Shown in pieces: positions 8,095 to 20,333 of a DNA stretch of 64,000 bases. Numbering within the stretch: position 1 is the stretch's first letter; the number at the start of each line of letters is the position of its first letter. The position numbers and the translations under genes were made by a program. Source of the DNA: an uncultured delta proteobacterium (GTDB lineage: Bacteria; Myxococcota_A; Polyangia; Polyangiales; Houyiibacteriaceae); contig CAWJRH010000004.1 of NCBI GenBank assembly GCA_963845195.1, forward strand, positions 742,104-806,103, read 5' to 3'. A model generated the notes under the pieces. The model searched no databases. It was not told the origin of the DNA and saw only the letters and a program-made list of their open reading frames with translations.

Positions 8095-10284
8095 GTGACG
8101 ATTCAAAAAAAGCATACGTTCTGCCGTATCTGCGAACCCACCTGTGGGCTTGTGGCGACGGTCGACGGCGACCAGATCGTGGCGCTCGAGCCCGACAAGG
8201 ACCACGTGGTGAGTCGCGGCTACGCGTGCATCAAGGGCCTGAGGTATCACGAGATCCACCACTCGCCCGATCGACTACGGGTTCCGCTCAAGCGAGTCGG
8301 CGATCGGTTCGAAGAGATTTCGTGGACCCAGGCCCTCGAGGAGATAGGCCAGAAGGTTAAGCAGCTCGTCGCCGAGGGTGGGGGCGATTCGGTGTCAGCC
8401 TACCTGGGGAACCCGATCAGCTTCAGCCTGATGCCCCCGATTCTTACCGCGGCCCTCCTCCAAGGGCTCGGCTCGCGAAACCTATTTCAAACGGGTTCAC
8501 AGGACTGCAACAACAAGTTCGCGGTCGCGGAGCGGCTATACGGCTTCCCCTTCATACAGCCGTTTCCCGACGTCGACCGGACTCAGTGTCTGATCATGAT
8601 CGGCTCAAACCCCGCAGTGTCGCGGTCGAGCTTCATGCAGCTCCCCGATCCGATTCGGCGGCTCCGTGCCATTGAGCAGCGGGGCGGGCGGGTTTTCTTC
8701 GTCAACCCTCGCCGAACCGAGACGGCCAAGCAGCTCGGTACCCAGGTGTTCATCCGGCCCGACACCGACGTCTACTTCCTGCTGAGCTTCCTACACGAAG
8801 TGGTCTCTCGCGACGCGGTCGACCGCCGCCGGGTCAGCGCCCACATGAAAGGGCTCGACGCGTTGGCCGAAGTGGCCAAACCATGGCCGTGCGAGCGCAC
8901 GGCGGAGATCACGGGCATTTCCGCCGCCTCCCTGCGCGAGATGGTCGATGTGTATCTGTCATCCGACGGTTCTGCGCTCTTTTTGTCGACTGGCGTCAAC
9001 CAGGGCAGCAACGGGACGCTCGCGTTCTGGATTCTCGAAGCGATCAACGCGGTGACGGGGAACCTCGACCGACGGGGTGGAACCCTCGTCGGGCACGGCT
9101 ACGTCAAAGACTTTCCGAAGTACGCGAAGAAGGGCGGGCACACTCTTCGCAAAGACCTGTCGCGGATCGGGCAGCTACCCTCAGTTGCCGACTCCTTTCC
9201 AGCTGGTCTCATGGCCGACGAGATTCTGACTCCCGGTCGAGGGCAGATTCGCGCGCTCTTCGTGGTTTCTGGAAACCCCCTGCTTACCGTGCCGAACAGC
9301 GATGGCCGCCTCGAAAAAGCGCTTCGCTCTCTCGAGCTGTTGGTCAGCATCGACATCTTTCGCAACGAGACCGCGAACCTTGCCCACTACATTCTACCGG
9401 GCACGAGCGCGATGCAGCGAGCCGACCTCCCATTCGTCTTTCAGTCCCTCATGGGTGTGCAGCCCGTGCCCTACGCTCAGTTCACCGATGCGGTCGTTCC
9501 CGTCGAGGGCGAGCAGCGAGACGAGACTCTGATCCTGCTTCAGCTCGCGCGAGCGTGTGGGGCCAACGTGTTTGGAAGCCGCCTGGTGCAGGGCGCACTC
9601 AGTGCCTGGATGGATCTCGGAAAGATTCCCGGTCTAGGAAAGCGACTCGCATTCACCCCTGAGCGGTTTCTCGCGCTGATGGCGCGGGGCTTTCGACTCG
9701 GTTCGTTGACGAGTCTCCGAAAAGACAAGCACGGCCGACTGCTCGAGCCTCACCAGGGAAACGACTTTCTCGGCAAGCGTGTGGTTCACGAAGATGGAAA
9801 AGTGGACCTTGCTCCTGCGGCCTTCGTCACGGCTGCCGCGAAGCTCGAGAGTTCGTTCGACCAAGAGGTGGCGCAGCGCGACAAGCTGAAACTCATCAGC
9901 AAGCGTGAGCAGCACAGCCACAATAGCTGGCTTCACAACCATCCTCGGTTCGTCGAAGGCCGACGTGGAACGAACTACCTCTACATGCATCCGTCCGACG
10001 GCGAGAAGGCAGGCGTCGAGGACGGGCAGCTCGTCGAAGTGAGGAGCGCCGTGGCGGCCGTGCGCCTACCGGTTCAGCTCACCGACGAGATGATGGTCGG
10101 TGCAGTCGCCCTTCCGCACGGATGGGGGCACCAGGCCGCCGACGGCCTGAGCGTGGCGAGCAAGACGGGGGGCGCGAACGTCAACCTGCTTGCCGCCGAT
10201 GGTCCGGACCGGCTGGAGTACTTCTCAGGGATGGCCCAGCTCAACGGCATCGTCGTCGATGTGGTGCCGGTTACAGACGCGTGA
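8095..10284 (+). CDS. Molybdopterin-dependent oxidoreductase (MopB superfamily), cytoplasmic, substrate unknown
   Basis: 729 aa with a GTG start. N-terminal 4Fe-4S motif CRICEPTCGL...YACIKG. No Tat or Sec signal. Typical molybdopterin and C-terminal MGD-binding regions (ALPHGWGH). Confidence 0.85.
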   Translation: MTIQKKHTFCRICEPTCGLVATVDGDQIVALEPDKDHVVSRGYACIKGLRYHEIHHSPDRLRVPLKRVGDRFEEISWTQALEEIGQKVKQLVAEGGGDSVSAYLGNPISFSLMPPILTAALLQGLGSRNLFQTGSQDCNNKFAVAERLYGFPFIQPFPDVDRTQCLIMIGSNPAVSRSSFMQLPDPIRRLRAIEQRGGRVFFVNPRRTETAKQLGTQVFIRPDTDVYFLLSFLHEVVSRDAVDRRRVSAHMKGLDALAEVAKPWPCERTAEITGISAASLREMVDVYLSSDGSALFLSTGVNQGSNGTLAFWILEAINAVTGNLDRRGGTLVGHGYVKDFPKYAKKGGHTLRKDLSRIGQLPSVADSFPAGLMADEILTPGRGQIRALFVVSGNPLLTVPNSDGRLEKALRSLELLVSIDIFRNETANLAHYILPGTSAMQRADLPFVFQSLMGVQPVPYAQFTDAVVPVEGEQRDETLILLQLARACGANVFGSRLVQGALSAWMDLGKIPGLGKRLAFTPERFLALMARGFRLGSLTSLRKDKHGRLLEPHQGNDFLGKRVVHEDGKVDLAPAAFVTAAAKLESSFDQEVAQRDKLKLISKREQHSHNSWLHNHPRFVEGRRGTNYLYMHPSDGEKAGVEDGQLVEVRSAVAAVRLPVQLTDEMMVGAVALPHGWGHQAADGLSVASKTGGANVNLLAADGPDRLEYFSGMAQLNGIVVDVVPVTDA

Positions 10285-10425
10285 TTGGCTGCGGAAACGC
10301 CTCGTGCGTTGCGGCACGCGCTCGGTGTCGGGAGCTCGAGTAATGTAAAACTTCTGTCATTTGGGGGCGGTGACTGTGTTATCTCGCGCGCAAGTCGCCT
10401 AGAGAGAAAGCGTGCGGAGGCATCC

Positions 10426-11112
10426 ATGTTCAAACGATGGTTAGGTGAGAGCTTCCTTCGGGCCGCCGGATGGAAGACCGACGGCAAGCGCCCTGACGAA
10501 GAGAAGTACGTCATCATTGCGGCACCCCACACCACCAACTGGGACATGCCGTTCATGCTGGCCATGGCCTTCGTGTTCGACATACCCGTCCGCTGGATGG
10601 GCAAGCACACCTTGTTCAAGGAGCCCTATGGCACCTTCTTTCGCAGCCTTGGCGGCATGCCGATCGTACGGCATCGCAAGGGCGGCGTCGTAGAGCAAAT
10701 GGTGGAAGCCTTCGAACGAGAGCCGTCGCTGGTACTGATGGTGCCAGCAGAGGGTACTCGCTCCTACGTCGAGTACTGGAAGTCCGGTTTCTACCACATC
10801 GCCCGCGCTGCAAACGTTCCGGTCTGTCTTTCGTATCTCGACTTTGACAAGAAGGTCGGGGGCATTGGTCCGACCGTCACCCTCACCGGGGATGTCGAAG
10901 CCGATATGGACAAGATCCGCGCCTTCTACGAGGGAAAGCAGGGTATGTATCCGGAGCGCGTCGGAAAAATCCGTCTCCGCGAAGAAGATGCTCAGCGTGA
11001 CGCAAGACTCGGGGCGGGTCGCGATTCGAGCGACGGCGTTGTTGACGCTCCGATCGCCGCTGGCGAGGCCGCGAACGCAGACTCCGCCACGCCCGCTCCG
11101 AGCGGTTCGTAA
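10426..11112 (+). CDS. PlsC-type lysophospholipid/glycerolipid acyltransferase family protein
   Basis: Track ORF trimmed to the ATG at 10426, with GGAGG 6 nt upstream. HX4D motif (HTTNWD) and PAEGTR motif. Confidence 0.75.
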   Translation: MFKRWLGESFLRAAGWKTDGKRPDEEKYVIIAAPHTTNWDMPFMLAMAFVFDIPVRWMGKHTLFKEPYGTFFRSLGGMPIVRHRKGGVVEQMVEAFEREPSLVLMVPAEGTRSYVEYWKSGFYHIARAANVPVCLSYLDFDKKVGGIGPTVTLTGDVEADMDKIRAFYEGKQGMYPERVGKIRLREEDAQRDARLGAGRDSSDGVVDAPIAAGEAANADSATPAPSGS

Positions 11113-11206
11113 CACTCTTCCTCTTCAGACGTCTTTACTCGCGTGGGTGAATCGCCGATGGTTCGGCGGTCGCTGCTGATGCACCGCTGCGAGAAAGGAA
11201 TGATGA

Positions 11207-13165
11207 ATGGGTACGGACAAAGCGACGTGGCTCAAGGTCCTCGAACTCGATGAGCTGCCAGAGGGACGCGTCAAGCCAGTCAGCTGCAAGCATCTGACCC
11301 TCTGCATGACGCGCGTCGACGGCAAGTACGGCGCTCTCGACAACAAGTGTCCCCATCAAGGCGGGCCGCTCGGTGAAGGAACAATCGAAAAGGGATTGCT
11401 CCGGTGCCCGTGGCACGGATGGGATTTTGACCCGATCAACGGCAAGTCCCCTGGCGACTTCGACGACGGCGTCGACACCTTCCCGGTGGAAGTTCGCGAC
11501 GACGGCGTTTACGTCGCGTTTCCGGACGAGCAGGCCCATGTCCGGACCGCGAGCGACGTCATGGTCGAGACTCTGGTCGACTGGGGTGTTCGCTGGGTTT
11601 GGGGGATGGTGGGTCATTCGAATCTCGGTTTTGCCGAAGCGATGCGCCGACAGACGGAGAAGGGGCGCCTCGGGTACGTCGGGATCCGCCACGAGGGAGC
11701 CGCGGCTTTCGCGGCGTCGGCGTATGGGAAGCTCACCGGACGGCCCGCGGCCTGCTTTTCGATTGCGGGCCCTGGTGCAACCAACATGCTGACGGGGCTA
11801 TGGGATGCGCACGTCGACCGGGCGCCCGCGCTTGCGGTTACGGGGCAGGTACCCACCAAGCTCATCGGTCGGGGCGCGTTCCAAGAAGTCGATCTCGGAG
11901 CGGCCTACGGCGGCGTGGCGACCTACACGGCCGTGGCGGCGGACAGCTCCGACTTCGCCGAAATCGCCGGTCTCGCGTGCAAGCACGCCATCGTCGAGCG
12001 GGGTGTTTCGCACCTGGTTCTTCCAGACGATGTTCAGGTCAAGACCCTGCCCGACGCCAAAGCGGGCTCGCCCGAGGGTCGGCTGGGTGCTCGCGCGATC
12101 GCACCCCCCACGGAAGCGCTCGACGAAGCCCTGAGCGCGATCCGACGGGCCAAGCGGCCTGCGATCGTCGTCGGTCACGGCGCGAGGTTTGCGATGGACT
12201 CCGTGGTGGCTCTGGCCGAGGCGTTGAACAGCCCGGTCCTTACCACGTTCAAGGCTAAGGGCCTCATCTCGGACTCCCATCCACTCGGGTGTGGCGTCCT
12301 CGGTCGCAGCGGCACGCCGGTCGCGAGCTGGGTGATGAACGAAGCCGATCTACTGATCGTGCTCGGCGCGAGCTTCAGCAATCACACAGGCATCACCTCG
12401 TACAAGCCGATCGTGCAGGTCGACTACGACCCGATGACCCTCGGGCGATTCCATTCGGTGACCGTTCCGGTCTTGGGGGAGATCGGCGTTACTGCGAACC
12501 TCATGCGTGACGGTCTCGGAAGCACCCAGGCCGTCGACCAGAGGGCCGACGTCGCGGAGCGATGGTCGATTTGGCGGGAGGAGAAGAACACGCGTCTGAC
12601 TGAAACCGGCGCAGGCGTTCACTCGGCGGCGGTATTCGCGGCGCTGACTCGTGCTGTGCCTGACGACGCCATCATCGCAGTCGATGTCGGCAACAACACG
12701 TACTCGTTCGGACGCTACTTCGAGTGTACGAGTCAGTCGATTCTCATGAGTGGCTACCTCGGGTCGATAGGGTTCGGGTACCCTGCGGCGATGGGCGCCT
12801 GGGCGGCCACACGAGAAGACGACCCCAAATTTCGCGGGCGCAAGGTCATCGCAGTCACCGGAGACGGCGGATTCGCTCAGTATATGGCGGAGTACACCAC
12901 CGCGGTGAAGCACGGGATGGACATCACCCACGTGCTTCTCAACAACAGTGAGCTCGGGAAGATCAGCAAAGAGCAGAGAAGCGCAGACTACGACGTCTGG
13001 GAAACCTCACTCGTCAATCCCGATTTTTCCGAGTACGCGAAACTCTGCGGGGCCCGAGGAGTGCGGGTGACGGCTGCCGAGCAACTGGATGAAGCGCTTT
13101 CGGACGCGTTGAGCCACGACGGGCCAGCCACCGTGGAGATTCTGACCGATGCGCTGCTCGTGTAG
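11207..13165 (+). CDS. Rieske [2Fe-2S] domain fused to a thiamine-diphosphate/flavin enzyme (pyruvate oxidase / acetolactate synthase family)
   Basis: N-terminal CPHQGGPL...CPWHGW Rieske motifs. These are followed by a three-domain TPP enzyme body with a GDGGF...NN TPP-binding motif. Confidence 0.8.
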   Translation: MGTDKATWLKVLELDELPEGRVKPVSCKHLTLCMTRVDGKYGALDNKCPHQGGPLGEGTIEKGLLRCPWHGWDFDPINGKSPGDFDDGVDTFPVEVRDDGVYVAFPDEQAHVRTASDVMVETLVDWGVRWVWGMVGHSNLGFAEAMRRQTEKGRLGYVGIRHEGAAAFAASAYGKLTGRPAACFSIAGPGATNMLTGLWDAHVDRAPALAVTGQVPTKLIGRGAFQEVDLGAAYGGVATYTAVAADSSDFAEIAGLACKHAIVERGVSHLVLPDDVQVKTLPDAKAGSPEGRLGARAIAPPTEALDEALSAIRRAKRPAIVVGHGARFAMDSVVALAEALNSPVLTTFKAKGLISDSHPLGCGVLGRSGTPVASWVMNEADLLIVLGASFSNHTGITSYKPIVQVDYDPMTLGRFHSVTVPVLGEIGVTANLMRDGLGSTQAVDQRADVAERWSIWREEKNTRLTETGAGVHSAAVFAALTRAVPDDAIIAVDVGNNTYSFGRYFECTSQSILMSGYLGSIGFGYPAAMGAWAATREDDPKFRGRKVIAVTGDGGFAQYMAEYTTAVKHGMDITHVLLNNSELGKISKEQRSADYDVWETSLVNPDFSEYAKLCGARGVRVTAAEQLDEALSDALSHDGPATVEILTDALLV

Positions 13166-13222
13166 ATGAGGTCATCAAGCCTCCGCAAACCGTTGAACCG
13201 TCCCCAAAAAGGAATGTGAATC

Positions 13223-14866
13223 ATGACGACGACCCAAGTGCGCACGCAGCGCAAGGTGCCCGTTGCTCGCTGGAGCGAGCTCGACGACCGAACGCCGAAG
13301 TATGCAGTCGTGGCCGACGTCGATCTCGTCGTTCTTCGCTACGATGACCGAGTTTCCGTGCTCTACGGGCGCTGTCTTCACCGAGGAGCGCTCATGGCCG
13401 ACGCGTCGGTCGAGGGGGACAACCTGATCTGCGGACTTCACGGCTGGGACTACCGGTATGACACCGGCGTGAGCTCCTACTCCAACGACGAGGCGCTCAA
13501 GAAGTTTCGCGCTTGGATCGAAGTGGACGCTGACGAGGTGCTGGTCGACGAAGAAGAAATCAAGCTATGGGCCAGGGCCCATCCACAGCCCTATGACCGT
13601 GACGCGTACCTCGGGCTCTACGCGGACGTCCACGGGGCCGAAGAGGAGCCATTCAACGACTACATTCGCCAGCTCGCACAGCACGGTCTCGAGAAGGTAG
13701 GCCACGACGGCCCGGTCTCGGCGATGGGGGTTCCGCGCCAAGAGCTTCCTCGATGGGACGACGTGCTGCTTCTCACCGCGCAGCTTGCGACCACCCCCGG
13801 GCACAGCGACGCGCCCGTTGGTACGGAGGTTGTCATTGGACCCAACGCCCGGAAGCCGCTGGTGCTCGATATCCCGCTCTTCGTCAGCGACATGAGCTTC
13901 GGCGCGCTCAGCGAGGAAGCCAAGGTTGCGTTGGCTATCGGCGCGGAGTTGGCAGGCACAGGCATATGCTCCGGTGAGGGAGGAATGCTCCCCGAAGAGC
14001 AAGAAGCCAATTCGCGGTACTTCTACGAGCTCGCTTCGGGTCGTTTCGGCTGGTCGCTCGACAAGACCACCGAGGTCCAGGCGTTTCATTTCAAGGCGGG
14101 GCAGGGGGCCAAGACCGGGACCGGGGGACACCTGCCCGGAAGCAAGGTGACCGGGAAGATCGCGAAGGTGCGTGGACTGAAACCCGGCGAGCCCGCGATC
14201 AGTCCTCCCTGCTTCGAAGACTTTCACGGGCCGGGCGACTTTCGAGACCTCGCCGAAGAGGTGCGCGACGTGACGGGGGGGATTCCCATCGGGTTCAAGA
14301 TGAGCGCCCAGCACATCGAGGCGGACATCGACTTCGCGCTCGAAGCAGGCGTCGACTACCTCATCATCGATGGCCGCGGCGGCGCCACCGGCGCCGCGCC
14401 AAACATCTTCAAGAACAACATCTCGGTCCCGACGATGGTCGCCCTTGCGCGGGCGCGGCGTCATTTGGATTCCTTGGGTCGTAAAGACATCACGCTCATC
14501 ATCACGGGCGGGCTGAGAACCGAATCCGATTTCGTGAAGGCCCTTGCGATGGGTGCCGATGCCATTGCGGTGGCGAACTCGGCGATTCAGGCGATCGGGT
14601 GCCTCGGAATGCGGGCCTGCCACACCAACAACTGTCCGGTCGGCATCGCCACGCAACAACAGCACCTTCGCGATCGCCTCGATGTACAGAAGTCGGCTCT
14701 CCAGCTTGCGAGCTTCTTCACCGCGACCGTGGAACTGATGAAGGTTCTGGCGCGCGGTTGCGGTCACAGGCATCTGCGGGAGTTCGTGCAGGACGACTTG
14801 ACGACCTGGAACCGAGACATCGCGCATCTCACCGGCATTCACTATGCGGGAGTTCTTCCTGCATGA
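13223..14866 (+). CDS. Rieske [2Fe-2S] domain fused to a glutamate-synthase-domain-2-like FMN / 3Fe-4S oxidoreductase
   Basis: N-terminal CLHRG...CGLHGW. C-terminal GltB FMN-domain-like sequence (GEGGMLPEE, KAGQGAKTGTGGHLPG) and a CX5CX4C cluster motif (CLGMRACHTNNC). Confidence 0.8.
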   Translation: MTTTQVRTQRKVPVARWSELDDRTPKYAVVADVDLVVLRYDDRVSVLYGRCLHRGALMADASVEGDNLICGLHGWDYRYDTGVSSYSNDEALKKFRAWIEVDADEVLVDEEEIKLWARAHPQPYDRDAYLGLYADVHGAEEEPFNDYIRQLAQHGLEKVGHDGPVSAMGVPRQELPRWDDVLLLTAQLATTPGHSDAPVGTEVVIGPNARKPLVLDIPLFVSDMSFGALSEEAKVALAIGAELAGTGICSGEGGMLPEEQEANSRYFYELASGRFGWSLDKTTEVQAFHFKAGQGAKTGTGGHLPGSKVTGKIAKVRGLKPGEPAISPPCFEDFHGPGDFRDLAEEVRDVTGGIPIGFKMSAQHIEADIDFALEAGVDYLIIDGRGGATGAAPNIFKNNISVPTMVALARARRHLDSLGRKDITLIITGGLRTESDFVKALAMGADAIAVANSAIQAIGCLGMRACHTNNCPVGIATQQQHLRDRLDVQKSALQLASFFTATVELMKVLARGCGHRHLREFVQDDLTTWNRDIAHLTGIHYAGVLPA

Positions 14867-14887
14867 GGTGGCCAGCCTCGAGGCTAG

Positions 14888-15604
14888 TCAGCGACCGAGG
14901 AACAGAATCCCAACGCCGAGCGCGATCGCGATCGCCTGTGGCCAGCCGGGGACCGTGGGTTGCTCGTGCTCGTGCGCCCAGTCGTGAGTGACGACGTGAA
15001 GCAGCAGTCCCCCGACGATGGCCTCGATCCAAGGCTCCCCGCGCGTCCAGTTCGAAAGGCTCGTCTGCTGAGCGACGATCACCCCCAGCACACCGGCGGC
15101 CGCGAGCATGACTGCGCGACGGATTCCACTCTTGGGCCCGTGGGCCGAGGTGAAGGCCAAGGTGATGAGCGCAGTGACTGGTACCGAATGGACGGCGATC
15201 GCGGTGAGCACGTCGCCGTGACCGTGACCGTGATGAGCGTCCCCAGTGAGCGAGCCAAGCGCAATGCCATCCCCGAGCTTGTGTAGGATGAGGCCCCAGT
15301 AGCTAAGCTCGAGGCCCATCGTCGACGAGTGGTCGTGCTCCGGGTCTTCGTGGGCGGCACGTTCGATGAGCCATGGGGCCATGAACGCTGCACCGGCCGC
15401 GAGAAGAACCAGCGGCCCCGCCTCGCCAATGGCGTTGGGAAAGAGTCGGCCGACCACGACGGCGACGGAAGATACCACCGCGAACGTGCGCACCGCGTCG
15501 AGCAGGCGGCCGCGGCCCGGTGCGAGCAGCCCGAGTAGCATGCCTGCGAGCGTCGACGCGATGATGATGAAGATCGGCCAGGTCACGCGAGCGTGATTTA
15601 TCAC
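14888..15604 (-). CDS. ZIP (ZupT-like) family divalent metal transporter, putative
   Basis: About 8 TM segments, His-rich loops (HEDPEHDH, HHGHGHGD) and ZIP-like motifs (LHKLGDGIALG, AVHSVPV). GTG start, position uncertain. Confidence 0.55.
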   Translation of the reverse strand: MINHARVTWPIFIIIASTLAGMLLGLLAPGRGRLLDAVRTFAVVSSVAVVVGRLFPNAIGEAGPLVLLAAGAAFMAPWLIERAAHEDPEHDHSSTMGLELSYWGLILHKLGDGIALGSLTGDAHHGHGHGDVLTAIAVHSVPVTALITLAFTSAHGPKSGIRRAVMLAAAGVLGVIVAQQTSLSNWTRGEPWIEAIVGGLLLHVVTHDWAHEHEQPTVPGWPQAIAIALGVGILFLGR

Positions 15605-15637
15605 ACTCTGCGACTCCGGCGCTCATCGACCGAGCGA

Positions 15638-15895
15638 TCAGAGCGAAAGAGAGTCGGCGTTCTGGCTCGCCTCTTTGGCGAGCTGCTGCTCTGCGCAGGT
15701 GCTGCAGGCGATCTTCTCTTTGGCGATCTCGTAGCCGGCGCCGCCTGGATCGTCATGGGACTTGCCTCGGCGACCAGCACGCGATCGCTGGGCTTTGCCG
15801 CGGCTCGGGTATTCAGTGGGACGACGCTCCATCACCACCTTCGTCGCCCGTTCCCCAGGGCGCGATACACGATTGCAAAGCTCACATCGATACAT
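15638..15895 (-). CDS. Small basic Cys4 (CxxC...CxxC) zinc-ribbon-like protein, function unknown
   Basis: 85 aa protein with CELC near the N-terminus and CSTC near the C-terminus, flanking an Arg/Lys-rich segment. G/C third-position bias is consistent with coding. Confidence 0.45.
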   Translation of the reverse strand: MYRCELCNRVSRPGERATKVVMERRPTEYPSRGKAQRSRAGRRGKSHDDPGGAGYEIAKEKIACSTCAEQQLAKEASQNADSLSL

Positions 15896-15993
15896 TCAGA
15901 ACTCCTCAGCTTTCCTGGACCGCCCTAACTGGCACATGGGCCCCCCGGAGGCAAGGCAAGCCCCCTGTGGACCACGGGGAGGGAGCGGACTCT

Positions 15994-19070
<3,077 letters not shown>

Positions 19071-19094
19071 CCCCGAGGCGAGCGTCGAGCGTTG

Positions 19095-19300
19095 AACTCG
19101 GGCAGGTTTCCGGGCTCACGACCCTGACCTCGTTCTCCTTCCCAGCGCGTACGCCAGTGGATTGTTGAACGAGGTGTTTGGCCGCCTACCGTGGCGGGTC
19201 CGCGTCGGATTCTGACCGACTTCCCTGTTCGAAGCGGGATGTCTCCCCGCCCCGTGCCCCGTCTTTCCACCGAAAGCCGGGAACCCAAGAACCAGCAACA
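19095..19300 (-). promoter_or_regulatory. Cobalamin (B12) riboswitch in the leader of the TonB-dependent receptor
   Basis: The minus-strand leader contains GAACAGGGAAGTCGGTCAGAATCCGACGCGGACCCGCCACGGTAGG, then CCACTGGCG..CTGGGAAGG, then the B12-box-like GAGCCCGGAAACCTGCC. Order and spacing match the E. coli btuB leader elements. Boundaries are approximate. Confidence 0.8.
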
Positions 19301-19408
19301 TGCGCCCAAATCCGTGGTGAAGCAATCGGGGTCCCAGTGCGTCTCGACCGACCTTCGGTAAGCCCACGTTCGGTTCCAAAAACGCGGTAGTTGCGTATAG
19401 TGCCGAGC

Positions 19409-20290
19409 ATGAGCGAGAGCGACCTCTGGACCGGCGTTACCAGCCCCTGGCTGGTGCCTTTCGATGGAACCTTCAAGATCGCGGATGCAGCGACCGGGCC
19501 TTCGGTTGAAGTCGACAAAGACGCCCAAGAAAAAAAGCTGAAGAAGCGCGTGCAATCGATTCGCGATCTGCAGAAGAAGCTGTTCGCCGAGAACAAGCAC
19601 GCAGTGCTCTTCGTGTTTCAGGCGATGGACGCGGCCGGCAAGGATGGAACGATCCGCGCGGTGTTCACGGGCGTGAATCCCGCGGGGTTTCAGGTCTTCA
19701 GCTTCGTCGCGCCCTCGGGTGAAGAGCTCGACCACGACTTCATTTGGCGCGTGGCGACGCGGCTGCCGGAGCGTGGACGCATAGGGGTTTTCAACCGGAG
19801 TCACTACGAGGAAGTGACCATCGTACGCATCCATCCCGAGTTCTTGGCCAAGCAGCGGCTCCCGCGGCTCGATGTCGAGCACATCTGGGAGGAACGCTAC
19901 GAATCGATTCGTGGCTTCGAGCACCACCTCGCCGTAAACGGCACCATCGTCGTCAAGTTCTTCTTGAACGTCTCCCGCGATGAGCAGAAGAGCCGGCTAC
20001 TTCGACGCATCGACGACCCAAGCCGCAACTGGAAGTTCAATCCAAGCGACGTGGACGAACGCGCGCTCTGGCCAGACTACATGCACGCGTACGAAGACGC
20101 TCTCAATGCGACCTCGAGGCCGTGGGCTCCGTGGTACGTGATTCCGGCGGACGACAAGCCCTACATGAGATGCCAGGTCGCGAAGATCATCGAGCACACA
20201 CTCGAGAGTCTCGGCGTTGCCTTCCCGGTAATCAGCGATGCTCAGCGCGCGGCGCTCGCCGCATGTCGGGTGCGGCTCGAAAACGACTGA
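19409..20290 (+). CDS. Polyphosphate kinase 2 (PPK2) family protein
   Basis: Single PPK2 domain with Walker-A-like FQAMDAAGKDGTIR and other PPK2 family motifs. The ATG at 19409 is preferred over the track start at 19391. Confidence 0.88.
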   Translation: MSESDLWTGVTSPWLVPFDGTFKIADAATGPSVEVDKDAQEKKLKKRVQSIRDLQKKLFAENKHAVLFVFQAMDAAGKDGTIRAVFTGVNPAGFQVFSFVAPSGEELDHDFIWRVATRLPERGRIGVFNRSHYEEVTIVRIHPEFLAKQRLPRLDVEHIWEERYESIRGFEHHLAVNGTIVVKFFLNVSRDEQKSRLLRRIDDPSRNWKFNPSDVDERALWPDYMHAYEDALNATSRPWAPWYVIPADDKPYMRCQVAKIIEHTLESLGVAFPVISDAQRAALAACRVRLEND

Positions 20291-20333
20291 GGGGTCGGTT
20301 TGCAGTTGGAACAAAGCCGCGCAGGCTAACGCC

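Noticed and set aside
11153-11168. 6-bp stem hairpin CGCCGA-TGGT-TCGGCG between the acyltransferase and the Rieske-TPP gene.
   Set aside because: The stem is short with no U-tract. It is not sufficient evidence for a terminator or attenuator.
13565-14842. 425-aa antisense ORF opposite the Rieske-GltS-like gene. Similar long antisense ORFs lie at 21208..22068, 22147..23451, 23973..24791, 48442..49557, 56209..57348 and 58649..59443.
   Set aside because: Each lies opposite a gene with strong family motifs (topoisomerase, PilT, kinase, Lon). Their translations are low-information and Arg/Asp/Val/Gly-rich. I treat them as GC-driven open frames.
14874-14885. Perfect 12-bp palindrome AGCCTCGAGGCT between the convergent Rieske-GltS-like and ZIP-like genes.
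   Set aside because: It is too short to form a stable terminator hairpin (no loop) and has no U-tract. It may be coincidental.
19116-19390. Short ORFs (87 aa on the minus strand, 70 aa on the plus strand) in the btuB-PPK2 intergenic region.
   Set aside because: The region is better explained by the cobalamin riboswitch, whose conserved core and B12 box fall inside these ORFs.
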